A model generated the notes under the pieces. It was not told where the DNA came from and ran no database searches. It saw only the letters and a program-made list of their open reading frames with translations. Below, piece by piece: positions 40,178-49,981 of a DNA stretch of 58,694 nt. Made by a program: the position numbers and the translations under genes. Origin of the DNA: a virus (Duplodnaviria; Caudoviricetes); IMG/VR virus record IMGVR_UViG_3300020463_002739, positions 1-58,694 of that record; one strand, given 5' to 3'. Position 1 is the stretch's first letter; every line of letters starts with the position of its first letter.

Positions 40178-40310
40178 AATTGATGAAAAATTAAAATTCA
40201 TTCATAGAAACTTAGATATATGTTGTCAAGATTTATGTGAAGGACAAGAATCTAAATTTAAATTAGAAGAAATTATGGAACTATTAGTAGATATAAGAGA
40301 AGGTAAGTGA
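40152..40310 (+). CDS. small hypothetical protein (52 aa; not in track)
   Basis: MALKNKWDEIDEKLKFIHRNLDICCQDLCEGQESKFKLEEIMELLVDIREGK*; stop overlaps the GTG of the next gene (GTGA). Confidence 0.6.
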   Translation: MALKNKWDEIDEKLKFIHRNLDICCQDLCEGQESKFKLEEIMELLVDIREGK

Positions 40311-41779
40311 AGTTAGGAGTTTGTGTACCATATAGAAACAGAGAAGCTCATTTAAAAGAGTTTGTACCGAAGGTAGGTAAATATCTTGAAGAGAAGGGTA
40401 TCGAATATTGTATGTACTTTGGTCACCAAGTTGATGAACACTTGTTCAACAGAGGAGCAATGAAGAATGTAGCAGCAAAATACGCATTTGAAGATGGTTG
40501 TGATTATATAGTTTGGCATGATATAGATATGATACCAGAAGAAGGATGTGATTATTCTTTTCCAAAAGAACATCCTATTCATATTGCAACAAATATATCT
40601 CAAATGGATTACAAACTAAAGTATGAAGAATACTTTGGTGGTGCGGTACTATTTTCTAAAGAACAAGTAGAGGCAACAAATGGTTACTCTAATGATTATT
40701 GGGATTGGGGAATGGAAGATGATGATTTATTTTGGAGATGTGTTCTTGAAGGATATGCAGATGATTCTTATATGAAGTACACTAACAAAGAACAAAAGTA
40801 TTTTAATTTTGATGGTAAAAGTTCATACATAGAAATACCATATACTCGTTCACTAAGACACCTAACTTCAAAGTGTCATACAGTTTCAGTTTTAGTTCGT
40901 GCATATCAACAAGAAGAAAAAGTTCCTATTTGGTTAGTAGGAGATACTGAAAGAAGATTTTGTGAATATCCTATACTTCGTAGACCAGGATATGATTGGG
41001 GATTGAGTTATAATAATTCAAGGGCGTTTACTGCGTTACTTTGGAATCATAAACAACAACACTTGTATCAATGGATGAAACGATATGAGAATCAATGGAG
41101 TTGGATTACTTTAGCAGTAGATTCTGTAAATAATAAAATTCATTTTTATTTAAATGATAAAGAATCAGATGCAAGACATGGTCATGGAACACATTCTCCT
41201 CAATCATTCGAGGGTGTGCTTAAGAGATATGGAACACAGCCATATTATATAGGAACAACACCATCAGTAGGAATTCAAGATGTTAATAAATTCTTCAAAG
41301 GTGATATTGCTAAAGTGATGATGTGGGATAGAAAATTAGAAGAAAAAGAAATACAAAATATTTATAAAAGACCAGTAAGAGATGGTTTAAAATTATTTTA
41401 TGATTTTAATTTAGGAAACGCAAATGATTTAAGTGAAAACGAAAATCATGGTAAGATTTTTAATTGCATAAAAAAACGAGAAGTAATAAAAGTACCAAGA
41501 ACAATTATACCTCATCGAATAAAAGGGAGAATGAAATGTTTACCACATAAAGATGAAGGATTGGTTAAAGATGAGAATGGAAATGATAAATGGGCAAAGG
41601 GTGAAACCACCGCAAGAAATGAAAGAAGATATGTTTTACAGATGCAACAAGGTACTTGGGATTACAAATCCGATGGTATCAAACAACTAAAATATGAATT
41701 TGTTAATATAGAAGAAATCAACCCTAAGGCAAAAATAATCAATGTAACGCTTGATGGCAGAAAAAGAAGAACTAAATAA
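40307..41779 (+). CDS. second GT7 galactosyltransferase-like protein with inserted LamG/ConA domain
   Basis: VCVPYRNR, FNRGAMKN, HDID, YFGGA, NGYSNDYWDWGMEDDDL; LamG (FNFDGKSSYIEIP...FKGDIAKVMMWDRKL...DLSENENHG); C-terminal GRMKCLPH...N.RR...DGIKQLKY. Confidence 0.85.
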   Translation: MKLGVCVPYRNREAHLKEFVPKVGKYLEEKGIEYCMYFGHQVDEHLFNRGAMKNVAAKYAFEDGCDYIVWHDIDMIPEEGCDYSFPKEHPIHIATNISQMDYKLKYEEYFGGAVLFSKEQVEATNGYSNDYWDWGMEDDDLFWRCVLEGYADDSYMKYTNKEQKYFNFDGKSSYIEIPYTRSLRHLTSKCHTVSVLVRAYQQEEKVPIWLVGDTERRFCEYPILRRPGYDWGLSYNNSRAFTALLWNHKQQHLYQWMKRYENQWSWITLAVDSVNNKIHFYLNDKESDARHGHGTHSPQSFEGVLKRYGTQPYYIGTTPSVGIQDVNKFFKGDIAKVMMWDRKLEEKEIQNIYKRPVRDGLKLFYDFNLGNANDLSENENHGKIFNCIKKREVIKVPRTIIPHRIKGRMKCLPHKDEGLVKDENGNDKWAKGETTARNERRYVLQMQQGTWDYKSDGIKQLKYEFVNIEEINPKAKIINVTLDGRKRRTK

Positions 41780-43220
41780 AGAAATAGATACTAAAGAAAA
41801 AGAAGTTGTTGCATCGATTGATGGTGATAACCCATTTTATCTGAAAGTACGAGATAAACTAAATGGTCAAGGGTGTGGTATGTGTTTAGCTAAATGGACA
41901 CAAGTAACTTTACATTTACAATTAGGACACACTCATTCATGTCACCATCCAAGAACTCACCCAATATCAACTAAAGAGATAGCACGAAATCCATCGGCAC
42001 TTCATAACACAAGATATAAAAAACTTCGTAGAAAAGAAATGCTAAATGGAGAGAGACCAGAAGAATGTGATTACTGTTGGGGAGTAGAAGATAATTCAGA
42101 TAGATTTTCTGATAGAACTTTTAAATCAGGTGAATCTTGGTCTTGGCCATTTGCTGATGAAATTATGGCTTTAGATTGGAGAGAAGATTACAATCCAAAA
42201 TATGTAGAAGTTGCATTCTCAAACGCATGTAATTTTAAATGTTCATATTGTGGCCCTGCGTTTTCAACTCAACATATGCAAGAAATCGAAAAGTTTGGTG
42301 GGTATCCAACTACCGATAATTTCAATTCTCTTGAGTGGATGAAACAAGAAAATAAAATGCCAATACCACAATCAGAAGATAATCCTTATGTAGAGGCGTT
42401 TTGGAAGTGGTGGCCAGAATTATATAGAGATTTACACACATTTAGAATCACTGGTGGTGAACCTTTAATGAGTAAAGATACTTGGAAAGTTTTGGATTAT
42501 ATTATTGAAGAAAAAAATCCAAATAAAAACCTATCTCTAGCAATTAATTCAAATTTAGGTATACCAGATAAGTTAGTTGATAGGTTTATTGAAAAAATAA
42601 ATAGAATTACCGAAGAAGATAAAGTTAGAGAGTTTATTATATTCACTTCAGTAGATTCTGGTGAGGCTAAACAGGCAGAGTATATTAGAAATGGTTTAGT
42701 ATATAACAAATTTTGGGATAATGTAAATAAAATATTTACAAAGTGTCCAAGAGTGAATATAACATTTATGGTAACCTACAATGCGTTATCAGTTCCTAAC
42801 TATCACAAACTTATTGATGGAGTATATCAACTTAAAAAAGATTATGGTTCATCTGATAGGTATTGGAAATCAGCATCGTTCTTAGATACTTCGTATTTAA
42901 GATATCCAAGACACCAAACAGTACAAGTTTTACCAAAAGGATGGGAGAAGGCAGTTTATCAACAAGCAAAACAGGCAGATTTTCTTGGAGTTCCAGTCTT
43001 TGACCATGATTACATAGGATACTCAGATATAGAAATTCAAAAAATTAAAAGAACATACGATTGGATGATTTCACCGATTGACCCTGCACAACTTAAACTA
43101 CAAAGATATAACTTCGGAAAATATTTCGAGGCACATGATAATAGAAGAGGAACGAGTTTTAAAAGAACTTTTCCAGAACTTGCAGATTTCTTTGAAGAAT
43201 GTAAACGAATAAAGTTATGA
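41754..43220 (+). CDS. radical SAM protein with N-terminal Cys-rich (SPASM/twitch-like) segment
   Basis: CNFKCSYC, TGGEPL, NSNL, SVD; N-terminal C.AKW...SCHH...C.YCW..E. Confidence 0.88.
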   Translation: MAEKEELNKEIDTKEKEVVASIDGDNPFYLKVRDKLNGQGCGMCLAKWTQVTLHLQLGHTHSCHHPRTHPISTKEIARNPSALHNTRYKKLRRKEMLNGERPEECDYCWGVEDNSDRFSDRTFKSGESWSWPFADEIMALDWREDYNPKYVEVAFSNACNFKCSYCGPAFSTQHMQEIEKFGGYPTTDNFNSLEWMKQENKMPIPQSEDNPYVEAFWKWWPELYRDLHTFRITGGEPLMSKDTWKVLDYIIEEKNPNKNLSLAINSNLGIPDKLVDRFIEKINRITEEDKVREFIIFTSVDSGEAKQAEYIRNGLVYNKFWDNVNKIFTKCPRVNITFMVTYNALSVPNYHKLIDGVYQLKKDYGSSDRYWKSASFLDTSYLRYPRHQTVQVLPKGWEKAVYQQAKQADFLGVPVFDHDYIGYSDIEIQKIKRTYDWMISPIDPAQLKLQRYNFGKYFEAHDNRRGTSFKRTFPELADFFEECKRIKL

Positions 43221-43942
43221 TAAAACTAAATGGTAGAGATTGCTACTTTGTTATACCAGAAAGTAAGTATGGATTATCAGATGTAGTACCAAAATATGTT
43301 ACAGAAAATGATTTTACCTTTGCAGTAAGATGTAAACCTGCATGGGATAAAATGAGAGAAGGAACATATTCTCAAGAAGGGGGTCTTGTTATAAAAAATG
43401 GAATGCATATGGGTATTTCATGTTTCGTAAACGATGGTAACAGATACTTTAAATGTACCTTGTGGGTAAAAGATAGAAAAGAAAAAATAGAATGTATAGA
43501 ACATCATTTTATTGTTTCACACGAAGAAAAAGATAAAGAGTATTTTATAACATTTAGACACAACTTTAAAGAAAAAAGAATGGTAATTGGTAATTACGAT
43601 TTTTTTAGAGAAAAAACATATAAAGGTGCGAGTCCTATAGATTATTCTGGTTCTTGGTTGTGGGTTGGTGCAGCAAATGCATTTAATAGTTGTGATGATG
43701 CACACAAACATTACTATAGAGGAGAGATTTCTTTTGTTGGTGTTTATGGAAGATATCTTTCAGATGATGAAATCAGAAAAGTTTATGATAACTCACAATC
43801 TGTTTGGCATCAAAAACAACTTCAAGATGAAACAACTGTATTGTTCAGTAACTTAGAAACAACAACACCTTACAAAATTTATGATGATTCTGATAATGGA
43901 AATCATCTTATCTTATACGATGAAGCATGGCTAAAAGATTAA
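43217..43942 (+). CDS. stand-alone LamG/concanavalin A-like protein
   Basis: LNGRDCY, FTFAV, WLWVGA, YRGEISFVGVYGRYLSDDEI, YDDSDNGNH. Confidence 0.65.
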   Translation: MIKLNGRDCYFVIPESKYGLSDVVPKYVTENDFTFAVRCKPAWDKMREGTYSQEGGLVIKNGMHMGISCFVNDGNRYFKCTLWVKDRKEKIECIEHHFIVSHEEKDKEYFITFRHNFKEKRMVIGNYDFFREKTYKGASPIDYSGSWLWVGAANAFNSCDDAHKHYYRGEISFVGVYGRYLSDDEIRKVYDNSQSVWHQKQLQDETTVLFSNLETTTPYKIYDDSDNGNHLILYDEAWLKD

Positions 43943-45342
43943 ATTTAATATTTGATTATATTACACCACACGGTCATTTAGGGTTTGGATATCAAAGAAA
44001 AGAGATACCCGAAATATTTGAATATATAACACATCTAAACTTTGATGAATCGCCTCGAATTTTTCATTGTAGGAGAAACGAAAACCAAGAAATAAAACAT
44101 TCTACATCTTTTTTCGTAGAAGAACTTGTTGCACAACATATTGATTCGACTGTAATAACACCAGTTGATATTAAAAAAGATAATGTAAACAAAAGGGAAT
44201 GGTATTTAATACCATTTGAATCAGTTAGTTTTAGAACACATTTTTCAGAAATATTAGAACCTACATTTAGTTTTGATGATTGTTTTTCTAAAAAACTCTT
44301 ACGTCTCATTAAAAAATATCCTAACTTTAAAATCTTTTTTGTAGATGCTAGAGAAGGTTCTTACTATGTAGATAAGGAGATTTTTACTAAAATGCAAACA
44401 TGGTTAGATTCTCATGAAATTAGACATAAAAATAAAATTATAATATCAACTTGTGATGACCTTCTTGAAAACAAAATACCAAAGGATGATAGATTTACCT
44501 TTTTTAACAATGATAGTTATATTTCAGCAGCAGGTAAATTTGTAATACAAGTACAAAAGCAAGATAGGACACTTTTAGGTGATATTGAAAGAGATAACTA
44601 CAAATATGATTTAAAATTAGAATTTGAAGATTCCAATCCAAAAAAATATTTTAATATGTTCAATAGAAATACTGAAAGAATACATAGACCGTATTTTGTA
44701 GGAAGATTGTATGAAGAAAATTTATTGGATAAAGGATATGTTTCTTTATTTAGAAATATTGGTTTTGAAAATTGGGTAGATAATGACATGGATGAAGAAA
44801 ATACTTCTTCAGTATATGGAATAGAACTTACTCCAACAATGAAAGAAACAATTAAAGAAATAAAAAATAAATATCCATACTATATTGATGAAGAAGATGC
44901 TGAGCGTGTTGCTAACTTACATAATTTTTTATCTGTAAAAAAACCATATGTAGAAAGTTTATTCACAATAGTTTCAGAAACAAATGCAAGCTCTGAATAT
45001 CTTTTCATAACAGAAAAAACTTTAAAACCAATTATGAATTTACATCCATTTTTTGTAGTTGGCAACCCACATACACTTAAAAAACTAAAAAGATTAGGAT
45101 TTCAAACATTTAGTATGTTGTGGGATGAATCTTACGATGATGAAATAGATTTTTCTAAAAGAACTGAGATGATACTAAAAGAAGTAAAAAAATTATGCAA
45201 TCTTTCTTTGGAAGAATTGACTGAAAAATTTAGAAAAATAAAAAATATATGTATATATAATAGAGAGGTTTTAGTAAAATTATATTATAGAAATCACAAA
45301 TACAATCAACTGTTACAATGTCAAAAAAAGGAAATTATATAA
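43927..45342 (+). CDS. putative GT-B/GT10-like glycosyltransferase (EK..KP family), paralog 2
   Basis: YFNMFNRN..R.HR; FTIVSET....FITEKTLKPIMNLHPFFVVG...LKRLGFQTF...WDESYD. Confidence 0.45.
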   Translation: MAKRLNLIFDYITPHGHLGFGYQRKEIPEIFEYITHLNFDESPRIFHCRRNENQEIKHSTSFFVEELVAQHIDSTVITPVDIKKDNVNKREWYLIPFESVSFRTHFSEILEPTFSFDDCFSKKLLRLIKKYPNFKIFFVDAREGSYYVDKEIFTKMQTWLDSHEIRHKNKIIISTCDDLLENKIPKDDRFTFFNNDSYISAAGKFVIQVQKQDRTLLGDIERDNYKYDLKLEFEDSNPKKYFNMFNRNTERIHRPYFVGRLYEENLLDKGYVSLFRNIGFENWVDNDMDEENTSSVYGIELTPTMKETIKEIKNKYPYYIDEEDAERVANLHNFLSVKKPYVESLFTIVSETNASSEYLFITEKTLKPIMNLHPFFVVGNPHTLKKLKRLGFQTFSMLWDESYDDEIDFSKRTEMILKEVKKLCNLSLEELTEKFRKIKNICIYNREVLVKLYYRNHKYNQLLQCQKKEII

Positions 45343-46307
45343 ATGTTTTAATAACAGGCGGGTCAGGTTACTTAGGTTCAGTAATTACCGAGTTACTACT
45401 TTCTGCAGGTGAAATTAACAAACTAACAATTTACGATAACTTAATGTATAATCAAACATCAACGATTGTACATGCTCATAGAAAAAACTTTGAATTTGTT
45501 TATGGTGATGTTAGAGATGAAGAAAAACTACTACCATATGTTCAAGAGGCAGATGTAATTATTCCCCTAGCTGCAATAGTTGGATTCCCTGCGTGTGATA
45601 GAGATAAAGATTTAGCAACCGCAGTAAATTATACTCATGTTAAATTTATTTGTGATAACCTAACTGATAATCAAAAAATATTATACCCAAATACAAATAG
45701 TGGATATGGAATAGGAGAGAATGGTGAGTGTACTGAGAAGAGTCCACTCAACCCCATATCACATTATGGAGTGACCAAAGTAAAGGCTGAAAAAGAGATT
45801 TTAAGAGTCGGTGGTATTTCGTTAAGACTTGCCACTGTCTTTGGTTCATCTGCTAGAATGAGAATGGATTTATTAGTAAATGAATTTGTTTATAAGGCAC
45901 TATCAGATAAATACATAACAATATTCGAAAAGAACTTCGTAAGAAATTATATACACATTAGAGATGTTGCAATGGCATTTAGATTTATGATTGAAAGATA
46001 TGATAAATATAGTGGAGAGGCATTCAATGTGGGATTATCAAATGCAAACTTAAGTAAACAACAACTTGTTGAAAAAATAAAATCTTATGTATCTGATTTT
46101 GCAATCACTTATTCTGATTACTACCAAGACCCAGATAAACGAGATTATATAGTATCAAATAAAAAGATAGAGGATACTGGTTGGGCACCAATATTTTCTT
46201 TAGATGATGGAATAGTAGAATTAATTAAAACATATAAAATTTTAATTTCTGATTTGAGCTCAAAATACAGAAATGGATTTCCTTTAAGTTATGGCAATAG
46301 GACGTAG
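45318..46307 (+). CDS. NAD-dependent epimerase/dehydratase (extended SDR)
   Basis: TGGSGYLG, LAAIVG, YGVTK, LRLATVFG, RNYIHIRD. Confidence 0.92.
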   Translation: MSKKGNYINVLITGGSGYLGSVITELLLSAGEINKLTIYDNLMYNQTSTIVHAHRKNFEFVYGDVRDEEKLLPYVQEADVIIPLAAIVGFPACDRDKDLATAVNYTHVKFICDNLTDNQKILYPNTNSGYGIGENGECTEKSPLNPISHYGVTKVKAEKEILRVGGISLRLATVFGSSARMRMDLLVNEFVYKALSDKYITIFEKNFVRNYIHIRDVAMAFRFMIERYDKYSGEAFNVGLSNANLSKQQLVEKIKSYVSDFAITYSDYYQDPDKRDYIVSNKKIEDTGWAPIFSLDDGIVELIKTYKILISDLSSKYRNGFPLSYGNRT

Positions 46308-46896
46308 TATATATTACAAAGAAAGAAGTTGGAATGATTTTCATTTTTACTCATCAAAGGTTCTTACTGGTGGAGTAAAAATTATACAACCATCGGTTTA
46401 CCACGAATCAAGAGGTGAAATATCTACAACATATCATTCAGATTATTATGACAAGTTAATACCAGTAGAAGAAAGAAATAAAGGTGTTGGATTTAAACAC
46501 GATAGATATTCAAAATCAGAAGAAGGTGTTCTAAGAGGATTACATTGGGATGATAAAACATGGAAACTTGTTTCGTGTTTGACTGGTAAAATTTATTTGG
46601 TAGTTTTGGATGTAAGGGAAGGTAATAGAACTCGAAATCCACAATATGGAAGTTGGGAAACTTATATACTTTCACCTTCAACACAAACACAAGTATTAAT
46701 CCCACCGGGATTTGCTAATGGACACTATGTAATGGAGAAAAACTCAGTTTTTTATTACAAGTTGGCATACGATGGTGAGTTTAATGATGTAGATAAACAA
46801 AAAACAATAAAATGGAATAGTAAGAAGTTCAATATAGAGTGGCCTTGTACTAATCCGATAATTTCAAAAAGAGATGCAAATGGAAGCGATTCGTAA
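46291..46896 (+). CDS. rmlC: dTDP-4-dehydrorhamnose 3,5-epimerase family (cupin)
   Basis: S..GVLRGLHW...KLVSC..G.I..V.LD.R; LIPPGFANGH; W.....I.WP...PIISKRD. Confidence 0.88.
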   Translation: MAIGRSIYYKERSWNDFHFYSSKVLTGGVKIIQPSVYHESRGEISTTYHSDYYDKLIPVEERNKGVGFKHDRYSKSEEGVLRGLHWDDKTWKLVSCLTGKIYLVVLDVREGNRTRNPQYGSWETYILSPSTQTQVLIPPGFANGHYVMEKNSVFYYKLAYDGEFNDVDKQKTIKWNSKKFNIEWPCTNPIISKRDANGSDS

Positions 46897-47521
46897 TTTA
46901 GATAATCATCAAGATAGATGGGTTGATGGTAATTGGTCTGAACAAGATTTGATTAACTTTGAAGATGATATCATATCCCATTGGGAAAATGGAGAAATCA
47001 GAGGCCCAATTCACCTATCAAATGGTAACGAAAAACAACTAATAGAAATATTCAAAAAAATAGGAGTCGGTGATTGGGTTTTCTCAACTTGGAGGTCTCA
47101 TTATCATGCACTTTTACATGGAATAGAACCATCTGTACTTAAACAAAAAATATTAGATGGAAAATCAATTACAATAGTGGATAAAGAGTGTAAGTTTTAC
47201 TCATCAGCTATTGTTACTGGTACTTTACCGATTGCGTTAGGTGTTGCGAAGGCACTAAAGTTAAAAGGTATTGATGAAAAAGTTTGGGTTTTCTTAGGAG
47301 ATATGGCTTTTGAAACAGGTCTTTTCTATGAAGTTCACAAATACGCACATAACTATGGGTTACCTCTTCATTTTATTGTGGAGGATAATGGTGTAAGTAC
47401 AAACACACCAACATTAGATACATGGAATGGACTTCAACGAGGTGTACCAGAAGATGTAATTTATTATAAGTATGAATCAAAGTACCCACATTATGGTACT
47501 GGTAAATGGGTAGTATTTTAA
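46880..47521 (+). CDS. ThDP-dependent enzyme, E1 alpha-like subunit
   Basis: GPIHLSNGNE, STWRSHYHAL, SAIV...PIALGVA, ThDP-binding GDMA...EDN; short (about 213 aa). Confidence 0.85.
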   Translation: MEAIRNLDNHQDRWVDGNWSEQDLINFEDDIISHWENGEIRGPIHLSNGNEKQLIEIFKKIGVGDWVFSTWRSHYHALLHGIEPSVLKQKILDGKSITIVDKECKFYSSAIVTGTLPIALGVAKALKLKGIDEKVWVFLGDMAFETGLFYEVHKYAHNYGLPLHFIVEDNGVSTNTPTLDTWNGLQRGVPEDVIYYKYESKYPHYGTGKWVVF

Positions 47522-48462
47522 TGGCAACAAAAGGAATGATATTAGTAACTGGTTGTAGTGGTTTAGTAGGAACACATTTATGTCAAAAATTAGAAGAGAA
47601 TGGATACGCAGTAGTTGGTGTTGATATAAAATATTCTCATGAATTACCTGCAACTGAACAATTTCAATATCACAATATTGATTTAAGAGATGCAGATGAT
47701 GTTAGAGTTCTGTTTGACCAATACGAATTTACAGCAGTAATAAATGCGTTTGGTGTTAAGGGTTCACCAATTAGAGCAAAAGAAAAACCTATTGATTTTT
47801 TAGAACCATCAATTAAAGTAAATACAAATATTATAGATAATTGTGTAAGAACTAATTGTTGGTTAGTTTACATGAGTTCGGTGGGTGTATACGAACCTGC
47901 AGAGGTATTTGAAGAAAGTTCAGTATGGAAAACTTTACCATCACCAAACGATTGGTTTCCATCTTGGAGTAAAAGAATACCAGAACTTTATTTAGAAGCA
48001 TATAAAGTACAAGAAAAATACAAAAAATATACAATAGTTAGACCTGCAAACATCTTTGGGGAATACGATAACTTCGGTGAAGGTGCAACTGTAATCGGAG
48101 CAACTTGTAGAAAAGTTTATGAATCTGATGGTGAGATTGAAGCATGGGGAGATGGTACACCAACAAGAGATTTCATATATGCAGGGGATGTTGCTGATGG
48201 GTGTATTAAGTGTTTTGAAGAACGATTACATCTTATTACTAATTTAGGTAGTGGAGAAGAAATATCTATCAAGAGAATGATTGAAACAGTATCTAAAGTA
48301 AGTGGTAAAGAAATAAAAATTAATTGGGATACATCCAAACCCAATGGTGATATGAAAAGAAGAATGAGCACAAACATTCAAGAACAATTTAAATTATTAC
48401 CAAAACTTGGATTCGAAGAAGGAATACTAAGAACATACGAATATTATGAAAAAAACAGATAA
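47521..48462 (+). CDS. NDP-sugar epimerase/reductase (GDP-L-fucose synthase-like SDR)
   Basis: TGCSGLVG, SSVGVY, RPANIFG.YDNF, WGDGTPTRDFIY..D, NLGSG, WDTSKPNG; the YxxxK position reads PSWSK. Confidence 0.85.
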   Translation: MATKGMILVTGCSGLVGTHLCQKLEENGYAVVGVDIKYSHELPATEQFQYHNIDLRDADDVRVLFDQYEFTAVINAFGVKGSPIRAKEKPIDFLEPSIKVNTNIIDNCVRTNCWLVYMSSVGVYEPAEVFEESSVWKTLPSPNDWFPSWSKRIPELYLEAYKVQEKYKKYTIVRPANIFGEYDNFGEGATVIGATCRKVYESDGEIEAWGDGTPTRDFIYAGDVADGCIKCFEERLHLITNLGSGEEISIKRMIETVSKVSGKEIKINWDTSKPNGDMKRRMSTNIQEQFKLLPKLGFEEGILRTYEYYEKNR

Positions 48463-49429
48463 AATTTTAGTTACAGGTGCAAGTGGGTTTATTGGTTCAA
48501 GATTAATAAAACACTTATACGAAAATGGATTTACAAATATAAGAACAACCTCATTTAGTAGAGATTTAAGAGAATACTACGATGGTATCGAACATATGAA
48601 AGGGAACTTACAAAACGCAGATTTTTGTGAAGAAGTTTCTAAAGATGTAGATGTTGTATTTCATGCAGCAGCAAATACATCAAACGCATTAGATACGAAA
48701 GTAAATCCTTTACTGCATGTTACACCCAATGTAGAGATGAATGTAAACCTTATGGAACAAAGTTGGAGAAACAAAGTTCGTAAGTTTATTTTTATTTCAT
48801 CTAATACAACTTATCCAGATATTGGAGATGAGTATTGTACAGAGGATATAAGTGTACAGACACCAAATATTTATCCTGTCTACAAAGCAGTGGGTTGGAT
48901 GAAGAGATATGGTGAAACACTTTGTGATTTCTTTTCTAATCAGATACATGACCCGATGCAGTGTGTAATCATAAGACCATCAAATGCATTTGGACCAAAT
49001 GATAAGTATGATTTTGAGAAGTGTCATGTTACACCTGCTAATATTAGAAAGGTAGCAGATAATCTAAATCCTATACCACTATGGGGTGATGGTACTGAGG
49101 TACGAGATATCATTCATGTAGATGATATGGTGAGTGGATTTGCAACAGTTGCAGAGAAAGTTGATACTTACGATATCTACAATGTATGTTATGGTGAAGG
49201 CTATACTGTAATGGAAGTATTAGAACTTATCAAAAAGATTGAGGGGAACGACAATCCTATCGAATTCGTAAACAACAAGGCACCTATGATTCCTAAAAGA
49301 TTATTATCAAACGAGAAACTAAAAAAGTTGGGATGGAAACCTAAGTACGATTTAAGAAGTGGATTAGAAAACGCAATAAATTGGTATAAAGAACACAAAC
49401 ACGAATATGACCCTAATTCAAAACCTTAA
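48446..49429 (+). CDS. second NDP-sugar epimerase/reductase (GDP-L-fucose synthase-like SDR)
   Basis: TGASGFIG, HAAA, RPSNAFGPND, WGDGTEVRD.IHVDD, LGWKP; the YxxxK position reads VGWMK. Confidence 0.85.
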   Translation: MKKTDKILVTGASGFIGSRLIKHLYENGFTNIRTTSFSRDLREYYDGIEHMKGNLQNADFCEEVSKDVDVVFHAAANTSNALDTKVNPLLHVTPNVEMNVNLMEQSWRNKVRKFIFISSNTTYPDIGDEYCTEDISVQTPNIYPVYKAVGWMKRYGETLCDFFSNQIHDPMQCVIIRPSNAFGPNDKYDFEKCHVTPANIRKVADNLNPIPLWGDGTEVRDIIHVDDMVSGFATVAEKVDTYDIYNVCYGEGYTVMEVLELIKKIEGNDNPIEFVNNKAPMIPKRLLSNEKLKKLGWKPKYDLRSGLENAINWYKEHKHEYDPNSKP

Positions 49430-49432
49430 ATT

Positions 49433-49981
49433 ATGAGTAAACCAGAATTTACACCTTATGTAGATGCATTAACAGAGGCAATGAAACTTTGTATGGAAGA
49501 TGATAAAACAATATTCATCGGACAACAAATAATTTATTATGGAAATCCAATGAGTAAAACGATTGAGGGGTTACCAAAAGAAAGAATGATAGAAACGCCC
49601 GTCATGGAAGAAACTCAAATGGGAATGAGTATGGGATTAGCAATGACAGGACATCAAGTTGTTACTTTTTACCCAAGATGGGATTTCTTAATTCTTGCAT
49701 GTAATCAATTAGTAAACCATTTAGATAAATTAGAAGCAATGTCTGATGGTACTTGGAAACCAAATGTAATTGTAAGAGTTGGCAAGGGTTCAGATAAACC
49801 ATTAGACCCCGGTCATCAACACAAGGCAGATTACACCGAACCATTTAAACAAATCTTAACTAATGCAACTGTGAAAGAATTAAAAAATCCAAATGATATT
49901 TTACCTGCTTACAAAAAAGCACTAAATGAAGGTGGAATACATATTTTAGTTGAATATCCAGAGTTGTATTATGAGCAATAA
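49433..49981 (+). CDS. ThDP-dependent enzyme, E1 beta/transketolase pyrimidine-binding domain only
   Basis: AL..AM..D...FIGQ, ETPVME..QMG...GLA..G, DFL.LA.NQLVNH, GHQH; ends at 182 aa without a C-terminal domain. Confidence 0.85.
   Translation: MSKPEFTPYVDALTEAMKLCMEDDKTIFIGQQIIYYGNPMSKTIEGLPKERMIETPVMEETQMGMSMGLAMTGHQVVTFYPRWDFLILACNQLVNHLDKLEAMSDGTWKPNVIVRVGKGSDKPLDPGHQHKADYTEPFKQILTNATVKELKNPNDILPAYKKALNEGGIHILVEYPELYYEQ

Noticed and set aside
46880-49981. Pyruvate dehydrogenase as a central-metabolism auxiliary gene
   Set aside because: No E2/E3, short subunits, and interleaving with NDP-sugar enzymes favour a sugar-tailoring role.
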